In this document: piece by piece, positions 11,311-19,252 of the stretch
Position numbering within the stretch: the stretch's first letter is position 1
Layout of the letters: the number at the start of each line of letters is the position of its first letter
Assembly: GCA_024275235.1 (NCBI GenBank)
Contig: JAJRZN010000012.1
Location: 5,279-69,278, forward strand
Source: Deltaproteobacteria bacterium
GTDB lineage: Bacteria; Desulfobacterota; Desulfobulbia; Desulfobulbales; VMSU01
Length of the DNA stretch: 64,000 nt
Direction of reading: 5' to 3'
Translations under genes and position numbers: made by a program
Notes under the pieces: generated by a model
What the model was told of the DNA's origin: nothing
The model's input: only the letters and a program-made list of their open reading frames with translations
Database searches by the model: none

Positions 11311-11912
11311 TATTTATTTTGCAGATCAGAGAGATGACAGAGATCGTTCCAGTTAATAATTACCCGGTTTTCATGTTCATACCCCAAAATACTTAAAGAG
11401 GCTGTACCAAGCATTAACAACCTGGCGGCATTGGGCGGCAAACCAAGCCAGCGGGCCGCAATCACCCGCAGCATATGGGCATGAGCAAAGATTAAAGAAT
11501 CGCCGTCAACAGCCGCCACTCTCGCAATAACAATATCGGCCCGCTCTGCCACCTGCGCAAGTGTTTCTCCACCAGGGGGGTCGCCGCTCCAAATCGTCCA
11601 GCATGGCTGCTCGCTGCGGATATCCCGCGTAGTTCGCCCCTCATAGAGCCCATAATCCCATTCCTGTAAATCATCGGTAAATTCAGCCCGCTCTCCATAG
11701 CCCGCAAGCCGGCAGGTTTCGACAGCACGTTGGAGAGGGCTTGAAAGAACCATGCTGAACGAATGAGCGGCCAGCCTGACGGCCAAGGCTTCAGCCTGCA
11801 TAATTCCCCTGTTTGTGAGAGGTATATCACTTCTCCCGGTATGCCGCCCCATTACGGCCCACTCTGTCTCACCGTGACGCACCAGCCATATTTTCTGTTT
11901 AGTGTTAATCAT
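11310..11912 (-). CDS. histidine phosphatase family protein (phosphoglycerate-mutase-like)
   Basis: It has the RHGETEW catalytic motif 10 residues after Met at 11912 (MINTKQKIWLVRHGETEW). The longer ORF reaching 11990 reads through a CRISPR-like repeat and is not credible. Confidence 0.75.
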   Translation of the reverse strand: MINTKQKIWLVRHGETEWAVMGRHTGRSDIPLTNRGIMQAEALAVRLAAHSFSMVLSSPLQRAVETCRLAGYGERAEFTDDLQEWDYGLYEGRTTRDIRSEQPCWTIWSGDPPGGETLAQVAERADIVIARVAAVDGDSLIFAHAHMLRVIAARWLGLPPNAARLLMLGTASLSILGYEHENRVIINWNDLCHLSDLQNK

Positions 11913-11923
11913 AATTGTATTTT

Positions 11924-11955
11924 GTTTCAATTCGCGCCCCCGCATGGGGGGCAAA
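11924..11955 (-). repeat. orphan degenerate type I-C CRISPR repeat (psi-repeat)
   Basis: gtttcaattcgcgcccccgcatggggggcaaa compared with the array repeat gtttcaatccacgccccccgcatggggggcgac. The stem-loop and the ATTGAAAC end (minus-strand sense) are retained. It has the same polarity as the array, about 0.87 kb beyond it. Confidence 0.75.
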
Positions 11956-12022
11956 TCTCTCCGAAACTTGCCCCAATGTATGGAGAACATTTATACAGTT
12001 TTTGTATGTAACTTGCAAACAA

Positions 12023-12051
12023 CGGTTCATCCCCGCGGGTGTAGGGAACAT
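12023..12051 (-). repeat. isolated type I-E-like CRISPR repeat (29 nt)
   Basis: cggttcatccccgcgggtgtagggaacat. In minus-strand sense it ends ...CGGGGATGAACCG, close to the E. coli K-12 I-E repeat end ...CGGGGATAAACCG. It has a CCCCGC/N4/G-rich quasi-palindrome. Confidence 0.6.
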
Positions 12052-12108
12052 ATCGACAAGGGTTGGGATCATGCGCCGGGGGCCTCAGTAACAAAGGAGG
12101 TCAATAAG

Positions 12109-12657
12109 ATGGCGGCCAAGACCCAACAATGGGACTATACCATTGCCAAGGCATATATGCGGAGTGTACCGACTGGGCGGCGTGACGCCTTTGCCAAATC
12201 CTACCAGTCGCTACCTTCTGTTGCCGATGATATACGACGCTACGCCAGGCGGGCACTTGATAACAAAACCGCCGCCGGGATGCCGCCCTACAACAAGACC
12301 ATGGGGCTGCTCACCGGCAAGGACGCGGCCAGGGTTAAGGAGCTGACCGGCCGGGATGTGGGGTTATATGACTACGCACTCGATCCCAGCAGTATTGGAC
12401 ATATCAGGAGGCAGCACGGCGAAGCCGCCGGGGAGCTTGCCAGGGGCCAGCGCTTAGTGACCGCATCTGACTACTCGGCATTGCCGGGGATATTGAACGC
12501 CCCGGACTTAGAGGAATACGGCGTCTTGTCGGATGTCGGCCATCCGGTGGTGAGATATAAAAAGAAGATTGACGGGGAGTTATATACCACCGTTTTTGAA
12601 ATACGAAAAAAGAGAAGAATGCTGGTCTTGCAGAGTCTGTGGATAAAACGGCCCTGA
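12109..12657 (+). CDS. free-standing nuclease-toxin-like protein (PBECR-type Barnase/EndoU/RelE-like RNase fold suspected)
   Basis: AAGGAGG lies 8 nt upstream of the ATG. It has 182 codons. The motif pattern LDPSSIGHIRRQHG...VTASDYSALPGILNAPD...VVRYKKKIDGELYTTVFEIRKKRRMLVLQSLWIK resembles PBECR domains of phage/ICE polyvalent proteins. This assignment is from memory and has not been searched. Confidence 0.5.
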   Translation: MAAKTQQWDYTIAKAYMRSVPTGRRDAFAKSYQSLPSVADDIRRYARRALDNKTAAGMPPYNKTMGLLTGKDAARVKELTGRDVGLYDYALDPSSIGHIRRQHGEAAGELARGQRLVTASDYSALPGILNAPDLEEYGVLSDVGHPVVRYKKKIDGELYTTVFEIRKKRRMLVLQSLWIKRP

Positions 12658-12780
12658 TTTGTCCCCAACCTCAACGTCCGAAACGGCTTCGCGGTATGAA
12701 TGCGACGGCACAATGCCCAAATCAGGAACCAGATAAACATTATAGCAATGAAAACCATAAAAATCAACGATCAGGGAATA

Positions 12781-12801
12781 CGGTTCGTCCCCACGGGTGT
12801 G
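12781..12801 (-). repeat. truncated type I-E-like repeat fused to the terminal I-C repeat
   Basis: cggttcgtccccacgggtgtg matches the first 21 nt of the 12023-12051 element (2 mismatches). It runs directly into the degenerate I-C repeat. Confidence 0.55.
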
Positions 12802-15038
12802 TTACTGACACCCCCGCATAGGGGGCAACCATTGCAGACAGCGGAACAGGTAAAATGCAGTATGTTTCAATCCACGCCCCCCGCATGGGGGGCGACGTAC
12901 GAGCAACGGTGCTGCCGGCATGATGGGTCGTTTCAATCCACGCCCCCCGCATGGGGGGCGACTAATCCTATCGTTTTTTGCCGTCCGCCCTGCCAGTTTC
13001 AATCCACGCCCCCCGCATGGGGGGCGACGGCTGCAGTCCGACATCGAGCATTTTAAAGACAGTTTCAATCCACGCCCCCCGCATGGGGGGCGACGACGGA
13101 GTTTCCCCGGAGACGGCTAAACTGTATGAGTTTCAATCCACGCCCCCCGCATGGGGGGCGACACTAAAGGTGATATAATATGTCCGCATATAAAGTAGTT
13201 TCAATCCACGCCCCCCGCATGGGGGGCGACGTATGACAACAATGTAGACATCTCCTGTATCCCGTTTCAATCCACGCCCCCCGCATGGGGGGCGACGAAT
13301 AACCCCCAAGATGATGGACGACAAGATTAGTGTTTCAATCCACGCCCCCCGCATGGGGGGCGACATCCAAACTCAGTCGGCTTGGCACTATCATACCATG
13401 TTTCAATCCACGCCCCCCGCATGGGGGGCGACCAGGGTTAAGTTGGTTTTTGTCACCAATTAAAATGTTTCAATCCACGCCCCCCGCATGGGGGGCGACC
13501 TAATTGTGGCGGGGTGGTAGAGGAGACCGATGATGTTTCAATCCACGCCCCCCGCATGGGGGGCGACAACTGTAAATATTCTCGTTGTCGATCAAACAAA
13601 ATGTTTCAATCCACGCCCCCCGCATGGGGGGCGACTGCGGTATGTTTTGTTTTGCGTCATGCCAATTTTGTTTCAATCCACGCCCCCCGCATGGGGGGCG
13701 ACTTGGTTGACAAAATAGGTGATCCTGATAGCATCGTTTCAATCCACGCCCCCCGCATGGGGGGCGACGGTGATCTATTTTAATTTAGAGGTAACTGGTT
13801 ATGTTTCAATCCACGCCCCCCGCATGGGGGGCGACAGGCGTGATAACCTTGGCCTCTCTGCTATGTTTGTTTCAATCCACGCCCCCCGCATGGGGGGCGA
13901 CGGCACGGCGGGCTGGTTATCTCAAACGTTGTACGGTTTCAATCCACGCCCCCCGCATGGGGGGCGACTGAGTAAAAAAAATGGTTGGGTGCCGATAGAT
14001 AAGTTTCAATCCACGCCCCCCGCATGGGGGGCGACTTCCCGCCGATATTTATCATACCAGCAGGGAGATTGTTTCAATCCACGCCCCCCGCATGGGGGGC
14101 GACCGTGGTTTTCTTGTTAATGCCATATTTTTCTCCTGTTTCAATCCACGCCCCCCGCATGGGGGGCGACTGTATGCGCTGGGAGCAGGTGCGGGGATGT
14201 GCTGTTTCAATCCACGCCCCCCGCATGGGGGGCGACTATATGTCACCAGGGGATCTGGTAGCAGCTATATGTTTCAATCCACGCCCCCCGCATGGGGGGC
14301 GACCAAAAGCCCCCAGGTCGGCTGCGGTTTTTGAGTGTTTCAATCCACGCCCCCCGCATGGGGGGCGACTGATCCGGCTAAATACGTGCCGGTTGAGACA
14401 TTTGTTTCAATCCACGCCCCCCGCATGGGGGGCGACGCAACGAGCTGATCTATGGCGTTGACGACAGGAAGTTTCAATCCACGCCCCCCGCATGGGGGGC
14501 GACGAAATAGGCCGTCTGCTCGGCAAAGGGGAGCTTGTTTCAATCCACGCCCCCCGCATGGGGGGCGACTCTTTCCTTGTGGGCAGGCGGCCCACTGAAT
14601 TCGTTTCAATCCACGCCCCCCGCATGGGGGGCGACAACGGAGCGAATGTCGGTTCGCGGTGTGCGAACCTGTTTCAATCCACGCCCCCCGCATGGGGGGC
14701 GACACTCAAAGAAATTAGCGTTGAGGGTAAAGTAAAAGGTTTCAATCCACGCCCCCCGCATGGGGGGCGACATGATGTGGAGCTGCTTTTTGCTGTTGTT
14801 GCTGTTTCAATCCACGCCCCCCGCATGGGGGGCGACCGCAGTAGCTTTGATTTGCACAGTGGCGGCAAATGTTTCAATCCACGCCCCCCGCATGGGGGGC
14901 GACCTCGGTAACATATGTTGGGATTGACACCGGCGGGTTTCAATCCACGCCCCCCGCATGGGGGGCGACGTTGCCGAGACAGTTACTGCCCCGGCGTTTG
15001 TTGTCGTTTCAATCCACGCCCCCCGCATGGGGGGCGAC
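12797..15038 (-). CRISPR. type I-C CRISPR array: 33 identical 33-nt repeats plus 1 degenerate terminal repeat, 33 spacers of 32-36 nt
   Basis: The repeat on the plus strand is gtttcaatccacgccccccgcatggggggcgac. In transcribed sense it is GTCGCCCCCCATGCGGGGGGCGTGGATTGAAAC (8-bp GC stem, 4-nt loop, ATTGAAAC tail typical of I-C). The first perfect repeat is 12864-12896 and the last is 15006-15038. Period is 65-69 nt. The degenerate terminal repeat is 12797-12829. cas2 lies on the 15-kb side, so that side is leader-proximal. Confidence 0.97.
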
Positions 15039-15458
15039 AGCCAGCCTTTTTGGGCAGAGCCAACAAAGGAGAACGCTCACTTTTGAGCGAAACTCCCAAA
15101 CTGCCTTGCTATTTTTTTGTAAAATTCACCTCCTTTTCAACAAGTGTTTAATAATCAAGCAGTTAAACACACTGCGAACCCCACCGTAGAAACAGGTGAA
15201 CTTGGGGTTCGCAAATAAACTTTTCCTGCCCCTTGATCGGATAACCGCTAATAGGTGAAAAGCAGTTATCATATCGACAAGGTCTGCTTGATTCTCCATA
15301 ACCAGTAATATATTTTATATGCTCCAATTGCTTCATCAGATAGATTCGCTAAAATTTCCGCTTAGTTAAAAGCGCTCTTCTCAATATCGTCAAGCCAGAA
15401 TTTAATGGGAATATCTTCGAAAATTATATTTTTCATAGTAGAGATTAAACTGCCGCCC
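15039..15458 (-). promoter_or_regulatory. CRISPR leader region between cas2 and the first repeat
   Basis: This is a non-coding, partly AT-rich 420-bp interval between the cas2 stop (15459) and the newest repeat. It contains a 10-bp-arm inverted repeat (15174-15212). No promoter could be pinned down by eye. Confidence 0.6.
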
Positions 15459-15749
15459 CTATATCAACAATAACCCTTCCTGCTCCACCCCTCCTTTTGC
15501 CCCCACATGCTCCACCCGCCGCTGCCAGTTTGAGCCGAGAAAATAAAAACGCAGGCTATCGGTTTTTTGATTAATTTCGTCCACCAGTTTTTGCCGCATA
15601 ACCGCCCACTGAGCTGGATCAACAATGCACTCAAAGACAGAGAATTGCACCCTTTGGCCATAATCCTTACAGGTCTTGGCAACTCTGCGTAACCGGCGTC
15701 TGCCGGCCTTATCCATTGTGGAAACATCATAGCTCACCAACACAAACAT
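15459..15749 (-). CDS. cas2: CRISPR-associated endoribonuclease Cas2
   Basis: 96 aa. MFVLVSYDVS...RVQFSVFEC is the typical Cas2 ferredoxin-fold signature. It is adjacent to cas1 and the array. Confidence 0.95.
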   Translation of the reverse strand: MFVLVSYDVSTMDKAGRRRLRRVAKTCKDYGQRVQFSVFECIVDPAQWAVMRQKLVDEINQKTDSLRFYFLGSNWQRRVEHVGAKGGVEQEGLLLI

Positions 15750-15758
15750 AACTCCCTC

Positions 15759-16790
15759 CTATTGCCAGCAGAAAACTGGATAACCGTCAATATCGCCCCG
15801 AATATACCTGGCCAGCAACAAGGCTTGAGTATGAAACAAGAGGCCGACGGGCATCTTCTCCCGTAAAAACGGATGGGTGATTATATCCTGCTTCCTTTTC
15901 TGGTAGGCCACAAGCAGCGTCTTGCGGGTATCGTCGCTCATAATAACCGCCCCGCCCGCCGCCTTCTTAAAACCCTTGCGGTTAACCTGCCCCAGGTTAA
16001 TCAACGATAAGACCAGGCGGTCAGCAACATAGGGGCGGAACTCCTCCATCATGTCAAGTGCCAGACTTGGCCGCCCCGGCCGATCACGGTGCAGAAAGCC
16101 CACCGCCGGATCGAGGCCGACACATTCAAGGGCTGAACGTATATCGTGCATCAACAACATATAGGTGAAAGACAAGAGACTGTTCACCAGATCCAGCGGT
16201 GGACGCCGACTCCGTTCATGAAAGCTGAAATCATCCTTCTGGGCAACAATGAGATGATCAAACACCCTGAAATAAACCTGAGCCGCCTCACCCTCAAATC
16301 CCCGCATCTTATCAAGGGGGATGTCTATTTTAACGTGCATGAGAATGGACGAAATACGATCCGCCGCCGCCTTCACCGCATCGCCGTCCACCTTATCAAG
16401 ATGATCCCGTAATACCCGCCGTAACACCTTGCGGCAGTTGGAAACTTTGCCGATAATAACCGGCCTTGCCATGTGTGCTGACTGCCGCAAATCGTCCGCC
16501 CAGCGATATTGTTCCCGACGCAGCAAAACATTACCGGAAACCGGCCCCTGAACCCTGGCCAGAAAACGACCGTGTTCGGTGAGAAAACTGACGGTGACAT
16601 CCCGCTCGGCGCAAAATCCCATGAGGAATGGACTCATGGATACCTGTCCAAAACAAACAATACCATCCAGGGTGTGGACAGGTAGCTGCAGGCGGGTCTT
16701 TTTATCGACCCTAACCACCACAGTTTCACCTTCTTTGGCCAGATATGCGCCCTGAGTTGTCACAAAAAGGGTATTAAGATGTTTTTTCAT
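15759..16790 (-). CDS. cas1: CRISPR-associated endonuclease Cas1 (I-C type)
   Basis: 343 aa. It has the Cas1 pattern (LNTLFVTTQGAYL..., ...NSLLSFTYMLL..., ...DMMEEFRP...). Its start overlaps the cas4 stop (ATGA). Confidence 0.95.
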   Translation of the reverse strand: MKKHLNTLFVTTQGAYLAKEGETVVVRVDKKTRLQLPVHTLDGIVCFGQVSMSPFLMGFCAERDVTVSFLTEHGRFLARVQGPVSGNVLLRREQYRWADDLRQSAHMARPVIIGKVSNCRKVLRRVLRDHLDKVDGDAVKAAADRISSILMHVKIDIPLDKMRGFEGEAAQVYFRVFDHLIVAQKDDFSFHERSRRPPLDLVNSLLSFTYMLLMHDIRSALECVGLDPAVGFLHRDRPGRPSLALDMMEEFRPYVADRLVLSLINLGQVNRKGFKKAAGGAVIMSDDTRKTLLVAYQKRKQDIITHPFLREKMPVGLLFHTQALLLARYIRGDIDGYPVFCWQ

Positions 16791-17425
16791 AATGCCGCGG
16801 CCCTATTGAGATATTGTTCAACCCGCCGTTTTTTCTCCAGAGTTCTGGGCAGACAGATGTCCTTGAATGAGCAGGTATCACACTTCTTTGAATAGACCGG
16901 CGCAGGGGTCACGGCATTGTCAAAGAGCCGGTGCAGACGCAGAGCCGTATCCTCTGTCTGCCGCCGCAGTTCTCCGGTGAACTCCACCTTCTGCCGCCGC
17001 CGTTTTTTACCGTAGAACAACGCCCCTTGGGGAATGATAAGATCAAGCGTTTCTTCAAGACAGAGGGCCTGGGCGCAAAGCTGCACCTTGTCACAGTTAT
17101 CCTTTTTAGGCCGCCCCCGTTTATGCTCCACCGGAAAAGGAAGCCAGCGGGGATTACCCTCAGGCCGGCGGTGAAATTCAACCGCATCCGCCTTACCGAT
17201 AAGCCCAAGCCGCAGAGAGCGAAGGGGCAAGGCAAATTCAACCCGAATATCACCGTGCGACTCGCCACCGCTTCTATCTACCCGTTCGTGCATAATTCGC
17301 CCCTGGGCCGTAAAAAGATTTTCCACCCAAAGCTGTTCAATATGAATTAAGGCACATTGCCGTTCACAAAAGAGAAGATGCTGAAGCGCCGACAGGGGCA
17401 GAAGATCGTCTTCGTTATACATCAT
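16787..17425 (-). CDS. cas4: CRISPR-associated exonuclease Cas4
   Basis: 212 aa. It has an N-terminal Cys (LLFCERQCAL) plus a C-terminal CDTCSFKDIC cluster (four-Cys Fe-S pattern of Cas4) and a RecB-like nuclease core. Confidence 0.9.
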   Translation of the reverse strand: MMYNEDDLLPLSALQHLLFCERQCALIHIEQLWVENLFTAQGRIMHERVDRSGGESHGDIRVEFALPLRSLRLGLIGKADAVEFHRRPEGNPRWLPFPVEHKRGRPKKDNCDKVQLCAQALCLEETLDLIIPQGALFYGKKRRRQKVEFTGELRRQTEDTALRLHRLFDNAVTPAPVYSKKCDTCSFKDICLPRTLEKKRRVEQYLNRAAAL

Positions 17426-18408
17426 TCATCGGTGTTGGTGATTAAGTTGGCAATCAGCCGTATCAAAATATCCTTCTGGGCCGGATCGCTGGCCGCCGTG
17501 AGCAGAGTCAGGGCGACCAGGGCATTATCGGAAAATCGGCGTTCATCCAACCGGCCGTTTTTTTCAAGAAACAGGAGAAAGAGGAATGTAGCGATCCGCT
17601 TGTTCCCATCGCTGAAGGGGTGATCCTTGATGACAAAATAGAGAAGGTTCGCCGCCTTTTCCGCAACTCCGGGATAAAGATCATGGCCGCCGAAGGTCTG
17701 CTGAACAGCGCCAAGAATGCCCGCCAGACCTTCACCCCGCTCCTGGCCGAAAAGCTCGGTCGCTTAGCCCTTGCCAGACAGCTCTTTTTTCAATGAGGTG
17801 ATGGCGGATCGTGCTTCGGAAAGCTCAATAAGTACCTTGCTCGCTGCAACAGCCTTAGGAAGGGCAAGCGCGTCCTCATCATACTGCAAAAGAAGGTTCC
17901 AGGTTTTGGCATACCGGCTCACGATACGCAGAACGGCCCGGCCCTCGTCATTCAACAATTCATTGCTATCCAGGGTATTGGCAAGAAGCGACAGCACCTG
18001 CCGCATTTCCTCAGTTCCTTTTTCGGCAAGGCGTTTCTGATTGACGGTGAAGCCGCGCACGAGATGATCTTTCAACACGGAGGTGGCCCAGATGCGGAAC
18101 TGGGTGCCGCGTTTGGAATTTACCCTGTATCCGACAGAGATAATGGCATCCAAATTATAAAAATTTGTTCGATATGTTTTGCCGTCAGAGGCAGTATGTG
18201 CAAATTTTGCACATACTGCCTCTTTATCCAACTCGCCCGTTCGAAAAATATTATTAATATGCTTCGTCACAACACTTCGCTCCGTCCTGAAGACAGAGGC
18301 AATCTGTTTTTGTGTAAGCCATACAGTTTCATCTTTCAACTGCACGTCAATGGCCGAACTTCCGTCCTCAGACTGGTATAAAACAATTTCACCAAGATGA
18401 GCGTTCAT
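17422..18408 (-). pseudogene. RhuM-family protein with C-terminal Fic/Doc-like domain, interrupted by an in-frame TAA at 17764-17766
   Basis: The N-terminal part (from Met at 18408, MNAHLGEIVLYQSEDG...YRVNSKRGTQFRIWAT) is RhuM-like. The same frame continues after the TAA as ATELFGQERGEGL...DHPFSDGNKRIATFLF (HxFxDGNKR Doc/Fic motif) to a TGA at 17422 that overlaps the cas4 ATG. Confidence 0.75.
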
Positions 18409-18592
18409 ATTGAGATTCCTGTTAATTTCACGACCTTTTAAGTCGCTTGACACTTTCAGGCTCGGTCAGATAGTTTTCAGAACTTACCACTTTCCTGTTA
18501 GTTTCAAGCTCCAGATTAGTTCTGGCATCACCGGCAATTTTGCCACCCTTTCGGGCTGCTGTTTTATTTTAATCAAAGTCATTGGCATCCTT

Positions 18593-19252
18593 TTATCTGG
18601 CGATCTCAGTGGTGGCAGCCTCTCCCAGCATGGAGAAAATCGACTCAAGATCGGTCATGTGATCGCGCAGATTATGTCGTTTCAGGCCCTTAACTTTCTT
18701 ATATTCAGAGGGGGTGATGCCGAAGGTTGCTTTGGAAATCTCAGCGGTGAGAATAGCGTATTCAGGGTCTTCTTTTATGCCGCGTTTCTGCCATTCATCT
18801 GTCAACTCATCCCGAACGACAATACCACGCATCCATTTCTCTATCCAGGCATCGGAATAGCCCTTGGCACGGTAAATGGCTTTGGTGCGCTTGCTGGCCA
18901 GTTCCGGGTCTTCAATTTCCTGTACCCGCTCATAACCGACCTTGGCCAGCCAGCGTTTGAAGGGCTCTGCTTTGGGAGATGGAATGGATTGGATGATGCG
19001 GAAAAGGCCTTCGGTGTTGGCGCATAACATCCGCTGCACCCCGCCGGTAGTCTCAATGGGAAGGGTATGTACAATTTGTACCCACCCTTTAGCCAACTCC
19101 GGATCACGGCGTTTCATACGTTGGATATATTGCTTGGGGTCTTTCGAATCAATGAGTGCAAGCACCACATCCTGCACAACAAACCACCATTCCTCATTGT
19201 GCAGTATCCGACGGATTCCCTTGTTTTTAAAAACTACCAGTTTATTTTCCAT
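18593..19252 (-). CDS. Bro-N domain protein (phage antirepressor-like), copy 1
   Basis: MENKLVVFKNKGIRRILHNEEWWFVVQDVVLAL is a Bro-N signature. GGGGAGGA precedes the ATG at 19252. The start overlaps the fic stop by 11 nt. It is a paralogue of 27533-28372 (shared SPKAEPFKRWLAKVGYER core). Confidence 0.8.
   Translation of the reverse strand: MENKLVVFKNKGIRRILHNEEWWFVVQDVVLALIDSKDPKQYIQRMKRRDPELAKGWVQIVHTLPIETTGGVQRMLCANTEGLFRIIQSIPSPKAEPFKRWLAKVGYERVQEIEDPELASKRTKAIYRAKGYSDAWIEKWMRGIVVRDELTDEWQKRGIKEDPEYAILTAEISKATFGITPSEYKKVKGLKRHNLRDHMTDLESIFSMLGEAATTEIAR

Noticed and set aside
11902-12108. There are N-terminal extensions of the nuclease-like ORF (from 11902) and of the phosphatase ORF (to 11990).
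   Set aside because: Both extensions read through CRISPR-like repeats. The internal starts (12109 with a strong RBS; 11912 just before RHGETEW) fit far better.
12700-15189. There are dozens of ORFs on both strands with recurring peptides (FQSTPPAWGAT, VSIHAPRMGGD, FNPRPPHGGR, SPPMRGAWIET, RPPCGGRGLK).
   Set aside because: They are translations of the 33-nt CRISPR repeat in different frames, strung together across spacers. They are not genes.
15228-15458. A short minus-strand ORF (MKNIIFEDIPIKFWLDDIEKSAFN, 24 aa) and adjacent open frames lie in the distal leader.
   Set aside because: They are too short and fragmented to call. They may be a remnant of a decayed gene, but I have no supporting motif.
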